NCBI GenBank assembly: GCA_963662285.2 | Contig: CAXXMV010000008.1 | Coordinates: forward strand, 448,001 to 512,000 | DNA length: 64,000 nt | DNA from: a bacterium | GTDB lineage: Bacteria; Hinthialibacterota; Hinthialibacteria; Hinthialibacterales; Hinthialibacteraceae | Direction: 5' to 3' | Shown here: piece after piece, positions 40,801-50,991 of the stretch | Layout: every line of letters begins with the position of its first letter | Numbering within the stretch: the stretch's first letter is position 1 | Notes under the pieces: generated by a model | What the model was told of the DNA's origin: nothing | Seen by the model: the letters and a program-made list of their open reading frames with translations, nothing else | Database searches by the model: none | Program-made: the position numbers and the translations under genes

Positions 40801-43375
40801 AACCAATCAATACATACTTTTTGGCGACCCGGCGGTACAGTTAGCGGTTCCTCAAGAGAATACGCCGGTAACTGTAGAACCGTTTTTCTTTGTCTCGAAC
40901 AATGAAGAACAATTCACCCTCAAAGCCAATACTAATGGATTCAAGGAGGGTAAAGCAATTGTCTCCATGACGATTGGCGGCGACAATATATATACCAGTG
41001 AACAGTTCGATTTCACCAATGGCGAAATCACTCACCAATTCTCTGCTCCGGTTGGATTGGTTTCCAATCCTACCGCTGCTATCCGTTTTTATGCCTGGAA
41101 TGAAGCCGAGAACCGCGATGCCTGGGGCGCCGCCCAGATACCCCAAAAAAGCGTTCGCCTGGAGTTGGATAATCCAAGCGTCTCATGGGATGGTGATGCA
41201 GCAAAGATACAATTCGATATCATCAACCAATCTCCCTTTGATTTCGAAAACGTCAAATATTCACTCAATATCGGTAATCAAGAAGTAATTGCCGAGGCCG
41301 CCAACATCCCGGCCAATTCATCCATAACTACTGTTTGGTCAGGAGAAGTGGTAGATTCCATCAATTGCGCTTACGCCTCAATCCCCGCCGATCAAGAACA
41401 AGGGATTCTCGCAACTCAGCAAAATCAACCGCTTATCATCCCATTATATAAATCCGGCTCTAATCCAATCGTTCCTCTGCTGGGCATGATATCTTTTTCC
41501 AGCAAAGAGTTGGTAGAAAACAGTAAAATCCGCATACAGCTGCCAGTACGCAATTTTTCAGAAGACCAGGAACGCTATCTTTCAATGTCCCTGTCGGGTC
41601 CCGGAGCGGCGACTGACGTAAAAAGCGCAACTCTTGCAGCCGGGCGCGAACGCCGTTTGGATTTCTCTATCATACTGCCCGAAGTAGGCGACTATGAATA
41701 TACGCTATCCACTCAAAGCAACGATGCTCAACAAACTTATTCAATCCCGATAAACGTCCTGGGCAAACCCGATCTGGCGTTTGCTGAAGGTGAATTTGAG
41801 GTAATGCCGGAAAAACCGGTTATAGGGCAAACGGTTTACCTTAAAACCATGGTTTACAATGTCGGTGATGGCCCCGCCTCTGATATTATCGTAAAAGCAT
41901 ACGATGGCGATCCGTCACTGAAACGGGAATTACGGGCCTACAACACCCATCGTTCCGCCTCCATCGACCACTTGGAACCGGGAGAGATGAAAGAAGTGAC
42001 TATCACCTGGGATCCCACATCCTATGAGGGACTGGGAACGCATGAAATACACTTTGTAGTAGATCCGCAAAAGCATATTGATGAACTCAGCGAAGATAAT
42101 AACCGTTATTCAGCACAGCTAACTCTCCATAATTTACCTGACCTGAAAGTTGATAAATGGATCGACCATGGATTCCTTACCAAAATCGATGATGGCATAC
42201 CAGTCTGGGGACAGCCGCTCAGCCTTCTGGGACGATTGCGCAATGTCGGTGAATCCGACGCGGAATATGCGCGTCTTACCTTCATTCATAATGCAAAGGA
42301 CATTACGCATTTCTTCGAAAAAATACCCAAAGGCGTAATAGAAGAGACGCGCATTGAAGTGCCGCTCTACGCCAGTAAAAACACTTTGCGGGTTGTAACA
42401 GACATTTATAATCTGATAGGAGAGATGAACGATTCGTATATCATAGGCGGGAATAACGTCAGCGAACAACGGCGGCTTGATTTCCAACTACGCATGCCTC
42501 TTGCTCCTATTGTTAATGGACGCCGCATCTATCGCGTTACTGATGAAGCAACTTTCTCCGCAGGACGTGGAGAATATCTGATCTATGACGAACGGCATGA
42601 AGAGTTGTTAATGCATCCTGATCTAAATACGATTCGTTATCGCATTGTTCCCGCATTCGTCACTAATTTAGACGATTATTCTCTTTCATATCCCAGCCAG
42701 AAGTGGCAATGGAACACCAAATACAACTGCTTCTATTCACCATTGGCAAAGGACGTTCCATTACAACTAAAACTACCGGCGCCCAATGGTATCTACGACG
42801 TCTATCTGCATCTATTCAGCGCTTCGTATGTTAAAAACATAACCGAACAGATTAAAATCAAAACAGCCCAAGATACCGATTACATAGAAGTTAAACATGG
42901 TGAAGTGAGCGACGGAGACTATATGCGTAAAATCAGTTCCGCCTACCACATTCGCGATGATCAATTTTTACTCGAACTGCGTCCAGTGATTGGAGGCATC
43001 TCAACGAGTTTAGGAGACATTAAATTCGTACGGACAGAATTGGCTAAGCCGGTCTCTGCCGGTTATTTGTCGCCATATTATCCCGCTGATGGTTCTGGCG
43101 CCGGTCCCGCAATTATAAGTTGGAATGCTGATATACCTAAAGGAACCCAAATGCAAGTCAAAGCGCGCTGGGTAATGAAAAATAAAGAAGGAACACTCCG
43201 TTTCTTCCCTTGGGCTAGAATCACTAATGGAGAAGACGGGAAACTTACCCTGCCCGGTAAAGGTCAATTCTTGCAGTATTACGTGAACTTCATTCGCTTC
43301 AGGACTGATTCGGAGTCGCCCAAATTGCATAGCATCACGGTTTCCATCCCTTGTAAGGAATCAACCAATAAGTAA
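37880..43375 (+). CDS. Large secreted peptidase C25 (gingipain/PorU-like) with CARDB/Ig-like domains
   Basis: DYIIIT, DVQDIYDEFNYG, GRISV, catalytic YIGHGG and WSCLTG, ILFGDPA; CARDB motifs PDL, VYNVG, VDP...IDE.SEDNN. Confidence 0.85.
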   Translation: MRRLCVWFFIGILVLFVNVLSSQAISKPSLNSPARNSTFALLDSTRDSVRLNYRNESKKRHVLTNSSIYVGIPVDASYETNFISWDYRESASNGKTSKDINFSDLTEQERSIFNSDLRSSINIKRYAFQELDILKIEIDSSIKHKSANKQTISLNQLEFEIHWTESNAPQANAPNRPDAGYNRLFRNLCINGDMAPELRRKRILPEKELDAKFNPQIVGFKETGSLINLAKSPIASRADAVRVRIRDTGMLAIHTDDLTKQGVPTNRVALDQVRVWHEDKEIAVSIDDYNNNSVFDENDAIIFYGEESTSDYTKDSQYFLTWFELESPPKRIERQEIKLSENGSSSYNARQIVDDDVILVEEKSRKQYGWYLFEMDKKFKSLLLNLPDITEEGDISVKLESFNKTRLKSTGFTVQIVNAANIITATDIINGTVISDASAHYALSGRVNTATTYIFSASASQDLKSASLLITLDQEPEKYIAPKQGLSEKVGNVPHLFFNSIEVTYPRKAIMNDAPLLFDRACLAAEADAVVLHATAADRVVSAWVIDATGCFARLSIKPPISEKSILLPDQNWDRMELIYDDAIASPYTVDQDFDSSLHRKDQGYDYIIITPRFMTSEARKLARRRTQDGFNVLLTDVQDIYDEFNYGYPSCKAIKNFLRYAQSEWTGLSPEFVVFIGDCSWDHRDRSGEGAKDLLPTYTPDNNPMDDASDEWYAYLWGDSNDIFSDIITGRISVQTVEDLANYLTKLDTYESESKVGPWRARSVYITDDDDGQFKRFSITNSNKSLPDNYYPVFIHQEDYPLVTNPYLYYRFKDSKDPRHEEYRNKKYCPSCALDILKEFDKGSLVLQYIGHGGNQIWSEERIFYGTKSPKSSLLELKPTTRFPFVVSWSCLTGYLNFNIEPFTICMSEELIRYPDRGAIAVWGPSGGGTTNKHMGLSTLMLRNMTLDGLNRLGEAMTFTKVEYLQEDYSPDITNQYILFGDPAVQLAVPQENTPVTVEPFFFVSNNEEQFTLKANTNGFKEGKAIVSMTIGGDNIYTSEQFDFTNGEITHQFSAPVGLVSNPTAAIRFYAWNEAENRDAWGAAQIPQKSVRLELDNPSVSWDGDAAKIQFDIINQSPFDFENVKYSLNIGNQEVIAEAANIPANSSITTVWSGEVVDSINCAYASIPADQEQGILATQQNQPLIIPLYKSGSNPIVPLLGMISFSSKELVENSKIRIQLPVRNFSEDQERYLSMSLSGPGAATDVKSATLAAGRERRLDFSIILPEVGDYEYTLSTQSNDAQQTYSIPINVLGKPDLAFAEGEFEVMPEKPVIGQTVYLKTMVYNVGDGPASDIIVKAYDGDPSLKRELRAYNTHRSASIDHLEPGEMKEVTITWDPTSYEGLGTHEIHFVVDPQKHIDELSEDNNRYSAQLTLHNLPDLKVDKWIDHGFLTKIDDGIPVWGQPLSLLGRLRNVGESDAEYARLTFIHNAKDITHFFEKIPKGVIEETRIEVPLYASKNTLRVVTDIYNLIGEMNDSYIIGGNNVSEQRRLDFQLRMPLAPIVNGRRIYRVTDEATFSAGRGEYLIYDERHEELLMHPDLNTIRYRIVPAFVTNLDDYSLSYPSQKWQWNTKYNCFYSPLAKDVPLQLKLPAPNGIYDVYLHLFSASYVKNITEQIKIKTAQDTDYIEVKHGEVSDGDYMRKISSAYHIRDDQFLLELRPVIGGISTSLGDIKFVRTELAKPVSAGYLSPYYPADGSGAGPAIISWNADIPKGTQMQVKARWVMKNKEGTLRFFPWARITNGEDGKLTLPGKGQFLQYYVNFIRFRTDSESPKLHSITVSIPCKESTNK

Positions 43376-43509
43376 AAAAGTACTGCGTCTCGTTGACAAC
43401 AGCATTGATGATGATTACCGTTTTTGATGAACAATGAATCATTGCGCCCTATCCTCTAATTGGATAGGGTGTGTTGTACATTCTGGAATGGGGTGAATCA
43501 AATACTATT

Positions 43510-44925
43510 ATGGATATTCCTAAGTATATTGAACGCGCTCAAATGGCATTAAAAGAGGGCGAAATTGAGCTTGCCCAACAATATTTCCAACAGATTCTTA
43601 AACAATACCCTAATAATCCTGATGCTCTGGCAGGGATGAAGGCTATCAAGATCGCCTTCTCTAAAAAACGAATTCCATTTTGGATGCGGGAAATCAAGTT
43701 ACTTTGGTTATCCACATCTTGCCTGTTTGGACGCTCGGACAAGATATATCCCGAAATGGAGTTCCTGTATGATTGTCAACCGGATCACATTCGGACGGCG
43801 ATGGCCTTTGCTCAATGCGCCGAAAAATCCAACCATTTAGAAAAATCGCACGAAGCCTATCAGAATGTTTTGCATTCTAACGCTACACACGTCAAAGCCT
43901 TAGCCGGAAATGCCGAAGTACTGGTCAAACTGGATCGCCTTGAGGAAGCCGCGGAACTCTATAAACGCCTGCAAGCCTTAAAACCCGATGATGATAAAAT
44001 TACTCATCGATTACGCGACATATCCGCCCAATCTTACTCACGCACCGGCATCCCCGAAAATCTTCAACATCGCCGCGCTATGATTGAAAAAGAGAAACTT
44101 GAAGCTGACGCGCCCCCTGAAATCATGGAGCAGATGGAAGATTTGCTGGCTTCATTTAAGAAAAATCCAGCGGATAAAGAAGCTGGCGTGGAAATCGCAG
44201 TTAATTACCGTAAAGCTGAACTGTATGACCAAGCCAATAAAACCTTGGCCATCATTCTGGATAAAGATCCAAATTTTGAACCTGCGCGTCGTGAACAAGC
44301 CCGCGTCTGGAAACAGTCGGGAGAGTTTCCTATAGCTCAAAACCTCTATAAGGAATTACTCGAATCATCACCCGATGACAAAGCGCTTAGGGATGAGTAC
44401 TTACTGACCTGCATCGAGCTGTTAAAACAACAACATAAAGATAATCCCAAAGATAACCAGATATTTTCACAGTTGGAATCGATTAAAATCAAGCGTGATC
44501 ATAACCGCATAGAACTTCTGGAAGAGATTATCGCCAAACATCCGGAAATCTTTGTCGAACGTCTCGAACTGGGCGAACTATTGATTAGAAATGGTAAACC
44601 CAACGAAGCCATTCCCATTCTTCAGCGCGTTATTCATGAACCGGGATTCGCCGGCAAGGGTTTATTTCTATTGGGACAGTGCTTCCGCGCTAAAGGTGAC
44701 ACGGCGTTAGCGGTTCAACAATTCGAAAAGTCCCTGGTCTTCTTCAAAAACAAAAGCTATTCCCATGTGCTGACCAACGAACTTAAGTCAGTTTATTATT
44801 TTCTTGGAACAGCCAAAGAGGAATTGGGAGACAAACAGGGCGCCAGTGAAGCTTATGGGGAAGTTTACTCAGCCGATATCAATTTCAAGGATATCCGGCA
44901 ACGCTACGAAAACCTGTTTAAATAA
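43510..44925 (+). CDS. Tetratricopeptide-repeat protein
   Basis: TPR helices; C-terminal YFLG...E..G....A..AY..VY..DINFKDI. Confidence 0.8.
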   Translation: MDIPKYIERAQMALKEGEIELAQQYFQQILKQYPNNPDALAGMKAIKIAFSKKRIPFWMREIKLLWLSTSCLFGRSDKIYPEMEFLYDCQPDHIRTAMAFAQCAEKSNHLEKSHEAYQNVLHSNATHVKALAGNAEVLVKLDRLEEAAELYKRLQALKPDDDKITHRLRDISAQSYSRTGIPENLQHRRAMIEKEKLEADAPPEIMEQMEDLLASFKKNPADKEAGVEIAVNYRKAELYDQANKTLAIILDKDPNFEPARREQARVWKQSGEFPIAQNLYKELLESSPDDKALRDEYLLTCIELLKQQHKDNPKDNQIFSQLESIKIKRDHNRIELLEEIIAKHPEIFVERLELGELLIRNGKPNEAIPILQRVIHEPGFAGKGLFLLGQCFRAKGDTALAVQQFEKSLVFFKNKSYSHVLTNELKSVYYFLGTAKEELGDKQGASEAYGEVYSADINFKDIRQRYENLFK

Positions 44926-44954
44926 AGCGATATCATCCTGAAACACCTTCCCTG

Positions 44955-46211
44955 TCAGCCTTTTCGGGAGATAACCAGCATAGTGACGTCATCTTGGAAG
45001 GGCTGCTCCGTCTGAATCGTACCGATTTCTGTAATGATCGCTTCAATAAACTCCTGCGGGGGCAGATCGTGATATCTTAAAACAAGTTTTTCCAGACGCT
45101 CCGGAGAAAATAATGCCCCGTTCACATCACGAATCTCCACCAGGCCGTCTGTAAATAAGATTAACTTATCATTCGGCTTAAAATCTATTTCCTTTTCATC
45201 ATAATCATCTGATTCAAGCAGTTTCAAGGGAAATCCATGCGCTGTCTTTAAGTATTCGACCGAATGCTCCTTGGCGCGATAATGCATCATCGGCTCATGC
45301 CCGGCGGAGGCGTAACGAAATCTCATGGCATCCAGATTCAATACTCCATAAAACATTGTTACATAAATAGTGGGCGCCAGATGCTCGTTCAATTTCTCAT
45401 TAGCGACCTTCAGAGCCGTGCTGGGGAAACGAAACGTGTTGATAAACGCATGCATCAAGGTATGAGTTATGGCCATGACAACCGCTGCGGATGCGCCATG
45501 TCCGGTTACATCAGCGATCAAAAATCCAAGATGATCATGTCCAATCTCTATAACATCAAAATAATCTCCTCCCGCCTGGGTGCAGGGACCGTAATAATGC
45601 CCGAATTCAATCTCCGCATGGCGGGGGAAACGGGAAGGAATAAACGAACGTTGAATCGATCCGATTCTCTTCAATTCCTGCTCAATCGTATGCTGCGCTT
45701 TGCGAAGTTCTTCGTTGGTTAGCTGTAGTTCCCGTTTGGAATGCAGTAAGGTCTGCTGAAGGTCGCGTATGCGAAGCATGGCGCGAACTCGAGCTAACAA
45801 TTCCGCTTTAGTCGGCGGTTTCACCATATACTCGTCGGCGCCGGCATCCAGACCTTGAACTTTACTATCCTCATCATCCAGATTAGTCAACATCATAACT
45901 GGAACATAATGATAAGGATTTGAGGCTTTTATTTTTCGGCATGCATCAAATCCGCTTATACCCGGCATACAGACGTCCATCAGCACCAGATCTGGTGGAG
46001 ATTGAAGTACTATTTCTACAGCCTCTTCTCCTGTACTTGCTCTTTCGATCTGATAATTCTCATGACGCAGAATCAATTCCAAGAGGTCGAGATTGGTCTT
46101 TTCATCATCGACGATTAGAACACGCCGTTTATAGTTTGCAAAATTATCCATTTCCATATCGCCAACTCGTACATAACCAGATTCTCCGCTCAAACACCAT
46201 ACCTCCTTCAT
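44955..46211 (-). CDS. Response regulator receiver plus PP2C/SpoIIE (RsbU-like) phosphatase
   Basis: VLIVDD, LMDVCMP, KP; GGDYFD, ADVTGHG, FTDGL, DDVT; start may be 46157. Confidence 0.9.
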   Translation of the reverse strand: MKEVWCLSGESGYVRVGDMEMDNFANYKRRVLIVDDEKTNLDLLELILRHENYQIERASTGEEAVEIVLQSPPDLVLMDVCMPGISGFDACRKIKASNPYHYVPVMMLTNLDDEDSKVQGLDAGADEYMVKPPTKAELLARVRAMLRIRDLQQTLLHSKRELQLTNEELRKAQHTIEQELKRIGSIQRSFIPSRFPRHAEIEFGHYYGPCTQAGGDYFDVIEIGHDHLGFLIADVTGHGASAAVVMAITHTLMHAFINTFRFPSTALKVANEKLNEHLAPTIYVTMFYGVLNLDAMRFRYASAGHEPMMHYRAKEHSVEYLKTAHGFPLKLLESDDYDEKEIDFKPNDKLILFTDGLVEIRDVNGALFSPERLEKLVLRYHDLPPQEFIEAIITEIGTIQTEQPFQDDVTMLVISRKG

Positions 46212-46430
46212 TCAGGGATTACAAGAAAGGGCGCCAAAAAGTATATAAATAAAATCAGGCAGAACATTCATCATAGTTTCACAAAACTTCTATGACATTA
46301 CATTTGATTGAAATTCAATAACAATGCATACTTCATATAAAGCATTCGGAGAGGTTCTCCATATTCTGCTATTCAGTTCGACCTATATAATATAGGTTGC
46401 TAAACAAGAGAATTCAAAAGGAGTTTTTAC

Positions 46431-46829
46431 ATGCCAGAGCAAATAGCAAACCATTCAACATTTTTATATCTAGTGCTCGGTTTAACTGCGGGAATCCTGG
46501 GCGCCACGTTTGGCGTTGGTGGAGGCATAGTAATGGTTCCGGTTCTGACCATAATCGCCTCCATGCCCCAAAAGGAAGCCCAAGGCGTTAGCCTATCCGT
46601 TATGATATTTCTGGCCATTACCGCATCTTTGCGATATCACCTTAATCCTGATATTCATATTGACTGGCGAATTGTGGCCATAATGAGCGTCACTATGATT
46701 ATTGGCGCCAATATCGGTTCAACAATCGCTTCAACTATTTCAAGCAAGTATTTACAAATAGGTTTTGCAATCCTTCTTTTCGCCGCAGGCATCAGAATGA
46801 TTCTAACCGCCCTGAAGCCGGTTGCATAA
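46431..46829 (+). CDS. Half-size TauE/SafE (TSUP) family permease
   Basis: GILGATFGVGGGIVMVP...AQGVSL; 4 TM. Confidence 0.8.
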   Translation: MPEQIANHSTFLYLVLGLTAGILGATFGVGGGIVMVPVLTIIASMPQKEAQGVSLSVMIFLAITASLRYHLNPDIHIDWRIVAIMSVTMIIGANIGSTIASTISSKYLQIGFAILLFAAGIRMILTALKPVA

Positions 46830-46939
46830 CCTGGCGTGTCTATCGATATAATTTTATGTGCAGATTTTATAAATGTATTTGATATAACAAGTTATCTTTT
46901 TTTACATCCCAATAACATTATCGTAAAGTAGGTTTCATT

Positions 46940-48208
46940 ATGCATTTAAGAATAACAATCATCGCCCTATTTCTCCTATTATGCAGCCTGATTATCTCTT
47001 CCGCTGACGCCTGCCGTTATAACGTGCGCGACGTGGGATTTGTAGAATTTGGTGAGGCGCCATACCATTTATATGTTTTTATAGATAATCAAACGCCCGA
47101 TGATATCACGGAAACCTTTCGTCAAATAGTTTACGCCGCTCTGCTGGAAAGCAATATCGAATTGACTATTGTCAATATTGATGAAGAGGCCGATCACCCG
47201 GCGTTATCTTATATCAAGCAAAAACCGATGCCTGCTTTACCCTTCGTCATTCTAACCTCAGAGAAAAACAGCCCTTTACCCATTGCAATTAAATCCGGGG
47301 AAAAGAGTTTTAAGGATAATTTATGGCAAACCATTGATCAGGTTGTCTCTTCTCCGCTGAGGGAAAGAATTGTGGATGACGCCATAGAACATTACGGAGT
47401 CCTGCTTTTGTTTGAAGGTGTGGATAAAAAGAACAACCAACAATCCCGGCAAATCGCCAATACAATTATTGAGCAAGTAGATAAGAATCTGATTTCGCTG
47501 CCCAAAGAAATTAAGAAGCCGCCAGTTCTACACATTGTAAAGAGAGAAGATTTTGCTAAAGAACAAGTATTAATGTGGGCTTTGGGAGTGGAGACCGATT
47601 ACCAGGAACCACAGGCTGCCGTTGTTTACGGAAGAGCGCGGATGATTGGTTCATTGCTCAAAGGCGAAGAGATTACCAGTTTTGCATTGGGGCATATAGT
47701 AACCACAATAGGAGAATCCTGTGAATGCGGTTTGGAAAGATCGTGGATGATGGGAACAATAATCCCATTCCGCTGGACTAATAGTTATAGGGAGAAAATG
47801 GCCGAACATCTGGGATTTGATCCTGATAATCCTTTCGTCAAGACAGAGATCAGCCAGATATTATCAACCAGTGCTTCCGGTCGCGTCCAAACCGGTCAAG
47901 GAGGCAATTCGACGGATTTATTGATGGGCTACAGCGAAATATCACTGGATTATAATACGTCCGATGTTGAGCAGGATCAGATGGAAAATGCTTCGCCAAT
48001 CACTGATATTACACCAGACATCAATACCCGGACAATCGAAGATCAGGAAACAACGCCTGATATAAAAACAGTAGTAACATCTGAAGCAATGGAGCCTATC
48101 CCTTCTCATAAATCGGTAACCGTATCATTATTAATAAGTTTTATTGTTTTATTTGTTGTGGTAAGTTTATTTGGGGGAATAATCCTACTGATGAGATTAA
48201 GAAGATAA
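46940..48208 (+). CDS. Secreted, C-terminally membrane-anchored hypothetical protein
   Basis: Signal peptide then CRYNVRDVGF; YGRAR, CECG; C-terminal TM plus basic residues. Confidence 0.65.
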   Translation: MHLRITIIALFLLLCSLIISSADACRYNVRDVGFVEFGEAPYHLYVFIDNQTPDDITETFRQIVYAALLESNIELTIVNIDEEADHPALSYIKQKPMPALPFVILTSEKNSPLPIAIKSGEKSFKDNLWQTIDQVVSSPLRERIVDDAIEHYGVLLLFEGVDKKNNQQSRQIANTIIEQVDKNLISLPKEIKKPPVLHIVKREDFAKEQVLMWALGVETDYQEPQAAVVYGRARMIGSLLKGEEITSFALGHIVTTIGESCECGLERSWMMGTIIPFRWTNSYREKMAEHLGFDPDNPFVKTEISQILSTSASGRVQTGQGGNSTDLLMGYSEISLDYNTSDVEQDQMENASPITDITPDINTRTIEDQETTPDIKTVVTSEAMEPIPSHKSVTVSLLISFIVLFVVVSLFGGIILLMRLRR

Positions 48209-48338
48209 AATGAGATTACATATCCTAAAATCATATTTACTTTGACCTGTTCATCAATGCGTTTATCGTGAAAACTAATCGCTCAATGAAAAGCATTCTA
48301 TTTATGATTTTGCACAGACAATCTATTGAGAAAACACA

Positions 48339-49487
48339 ATGATTACGATTCACCACCTAATAGTTAAAGAGATTATTCATCGCAAATTTAATTTCTCTCT
48401 GAGCTTGTTGGCGGTCACCGTAGCAGTCGGGCTGGCGGTAGCCTTCTTCACCACAGGCGAAGCATCCAAACGGGAAACCATCCGCTTAATGCGCGACATG
48501 GGATACAACCTGCGCATTATCGCCAAAGATACCAATATGGACCTGTTCTATGCAACAGGCTATTCCGATAAAACTTTTCCCGTTGAGTACGTCGAAAAAT
48601 TCTCTGCGCAGAAAGGTTTGCTTTACGCTCACCTACTCGCCACCTTGCAAAAATCAATCGAATGGCGCGGCCATCGGGCTATCCTAACCGGCATCGCTCC
48701 TGAAATATCTCCGATCGGCAAGCAAAAACCATCCATGATCTTCAAAATCGCACCGGGAACGGTTTACATAGGCTATGAACTCGCACAGGCTTTAGCCATT
48801 AAACCGGGTGACGCAGTTGAGATAATGGGTAAAGCATTCACCATCGAAAATTGCTTGCACGAAGCGGGCAGCGAAGACGACATCCGTATTCATGCCAATC
48901 TTAGTGATGTCCAGAGTTTACTGCAACTCGACGGTCTGATAAATGAAATCCAGGCGTTGAACTGTCACTGCGTTCTGGAGGGCGTTGAACCGCTAACCTT
49001 ATTACGCGAGCAATTGGCCAAAGTACTACCCGATACCCACGTAATCCAGAAACGCGCTATCGCTGATGCGCGAACCAACCAACGCGTATTAATGGAGAAC
49101 TATTTCGCTTTGATATTGCCCTTTATCCTGATTGTATGCGCCATTTGGATTGGAACGCTGGCGTTGTTAAATACCCACGACAGAAAATCCGAAATCGGCA
49201 TTCTCAGAGCGCTGGGATATGGCAGTTGGAAAATTGCCTTCTTATTTCTGGAAAAAGCAATACTGGTCGGCCTGATAGGATCTGTTCTAGGATTCATTTT
49301 TGGAACCGGCATCGCCCTTATATATGGAGCTGATGTTTTCACGGTTACTTTCGAAAAAATTCAGCCAATCTACAGCCTTCTGATTATCTCCATTATCGCC
49401 GCGCCGGTATTTACGGCCGTATCAAGTTTCATCCCAGCCATGATTGCAGCCACCCATGATCCGGCTGAGTCGCTGCGTGAGGAATAA
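48339..49487 (+). CDS. ABC transporter permease, FtsX/MacB-like
   Basis: RKSEIGILRALG, PA..AA..DPAESLRE. Confidence 0.85.
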   Translation: MITIHHLIVKEIIHRKFNFSLSLLAVTVAVGLAVAFFTTGEASKRETIRLMRDMGYNLRIIAKDTNMDLFYATGYSDKTFPVEYVEKFSAQKGLLYAHLLATLQKSIEWRGHRAILTGIAPEISPIGKQKPSMIFKIAPGTVYIGYELAQALAIKPGDAVEIMGKAFTIENCLHEAGSEDDIRIHANLSDVQSLLQLDGLINEIQALNCHCVLEGVEPLTLLREQLAKVLPDTHVIQKRAIADARTNQRVLMENYFALILPFILIVCAIWIGTLALLNTHDRKSEIGILRALGYGSWKIAFLFLEKAILVGLIGSVLGFIFGTGIALIYGADVFTVTFEKIQPIYSLLIISIIAAPVFTAVSSFIPAMIAATHDPAESLREE

Positions 49488-49491
49488 TGCC

Positions 49492-50157
49492 ATGACCATG
49501 ATTCACATAGAAAAGTTAACCAAAAGTTATCCCACCAAAAACGGCGAAGTCAAAGCCATAGATAATATTTGTCTTGATGTCGAGGAACGTGAATTCATAA
49601 TAATCCGGGGTCCCAGTGGAAGTGGAAAGACGTCTCTGCTGCTATCTCTGGGGGGCATGCTGCATCCCTCTTCTGGCCGGATCATAATAAATGATGAAGA
49701 TATCTACCAGATGTCTAATAAAGACCGTGGGCGCTTTAGAGCGCAAAAAATTGGCTTTGTTTTCCAGATGTTTCACCTTATACCATATTTAAATATCCTG
49801 GAAAACGTCGCGCTTGCCGCGCATCATAGAATTTCGACCAATATCAGGCGTGATGCAATCAGCATTCTGGAAGGTTTAGGACTTTCGCACCGCATCAATC
49901 ATAAGCCATCAGAATTAAGCGCCGGAGAAAGACAACGCACCGCTATTGCCCGCGCCATGCTCAACCAGCCCAAAATAATCTTAGCCGACGAACCAACCGG
50001 CAACCTTGACCCTGACAGCGCCAGCGAGGTCATGAATTATCTGGTGACATTCCATCGACGCGGTGGAACGGTGTTTATGGTTACGCATGGTGTAGAAGCG
50101 GATCAATTCGCTGACCGGGTCGTCCTCTTGAGAGATGGCATGCTGCAAGAAGCATGA
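49492..50157 (+). CDS. ABC transporter ATP-binding protein, LolD/MacB-like
   Basis: GPSGSGKT, IGFVFQ, LSAGERQR, ADEPTGNLD, VTH. Confidence 0.92.
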   Translation: MTMIHIEKLTKSYPTKNGEVKAIDNICLDVEEREFIIIRGPSGSGKTSLLLSLGGMLHPSSGRIIINDEDIYQMSNKDRGRFRAQKIGFVFQMFHLIPYLNILENVALAAHHRISTNIRRDAISILEGLGLSHRINHKPSELSAGERQRTAIARAMLNQPKIILADEPTGNLDPDSASEVMNYLVTFHRRGGTVFMVTHGVEADQFADRVVLLRDGMLQEA

Positions 50158-50420
50158 TCTAGAGTAATTTTCATAATAATGTTCTGATTGGCGATTCGAA
50201 AAAGCCAGAAAAGATTGGCTTTTTCGAAAACCAAAGGTAATAATAAACGAACATAATTTTGATAATCGCTCTAATACAGACCTCCATCGATTTAATTTCA
50301 AAAGGGGATTAAAATAAATCCTGCATATCAGCGCACATTGTCAATCTACATTATGAAGAATCGCCTGACGCACAAAATCTACTTATCCCTTTTCTTACGA
50401 GAAGGCTAGGATGAAGATAA

Positions 50421-50840
50421 ATGCCTCATTTTGATAAACATTTTACTCTTGCTGAAGCATTGGCCTTACTTCCCCGGATACGTGAAATCTTTTTTAGGAT
50501 TCAAAAGTTATTCGATGAAGCCCGGGAAGGTCACACGATTATACTGAAAAATCCCGAAGAACTGACTTCCGGTCGAACCAACGGCGATCAAAAAAAATTC
50601 AAACCCCACCGCAACCGCGAAGAAATAACAAATGAAATAAACGAATTGGTGATAGAAATTGCTGATCAAGGCATTGTTATTCAGGACGTATATCGCGGTT
50701 TGATTGATTTCCCTGCTTACGTCAAAGGAGAAGAAGTTTTCCTGTGCTACGAACTAAATGATGGTGATTCAATCAACTATTTCCATAGTCTTGATACGGG
50801 TTACGCAGGACGCCTACCGCTGCCAGAAGATACTGTTTAG
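50421..50840 (+). CDS. DUF2203-family protein
   Basis: FTLAEALALLP, GLIDFPA...GEEVFLC, H..D.GYAGR.PL. Confidence 0.85.
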   Translation: MPHFDKHFTLAEALALLPRIREIFFRIQKLFDEAREGHTIILKNPEELTSGRTNGDQKKFKPHRNREEITNEINELVIEIADQGIVIQDVYRGLIDFPAYVKGEEVFLCYELNDGDSINYFHSLDTGYAGRLPLPEDTV

Positions 50841-50866
50841 CTTAAGAAATCTCTTCCAAAAGTAAA

Positions 50867-50976
50867 GTAGTCCAAAATCCCGAAAAAATGGGATTTTGGA
50901 CTACTAATAAAGTCGTAGGATGGGACAAAGCAAGTAAAATTCAATCCATTAAACCACTATCGTAGCGTGTCCCATC
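50867..50976. repeat. Two GTAG-type palindromes between convergent genes
   Basis: GTAGTCCAAAATCCC...GGGATTTTGGACTAC and GTAGGATGGGACA...TGTCCCATC. Confidence 0.6.
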
Positions 50977-50991
50977 GTATACCAAACTCCC

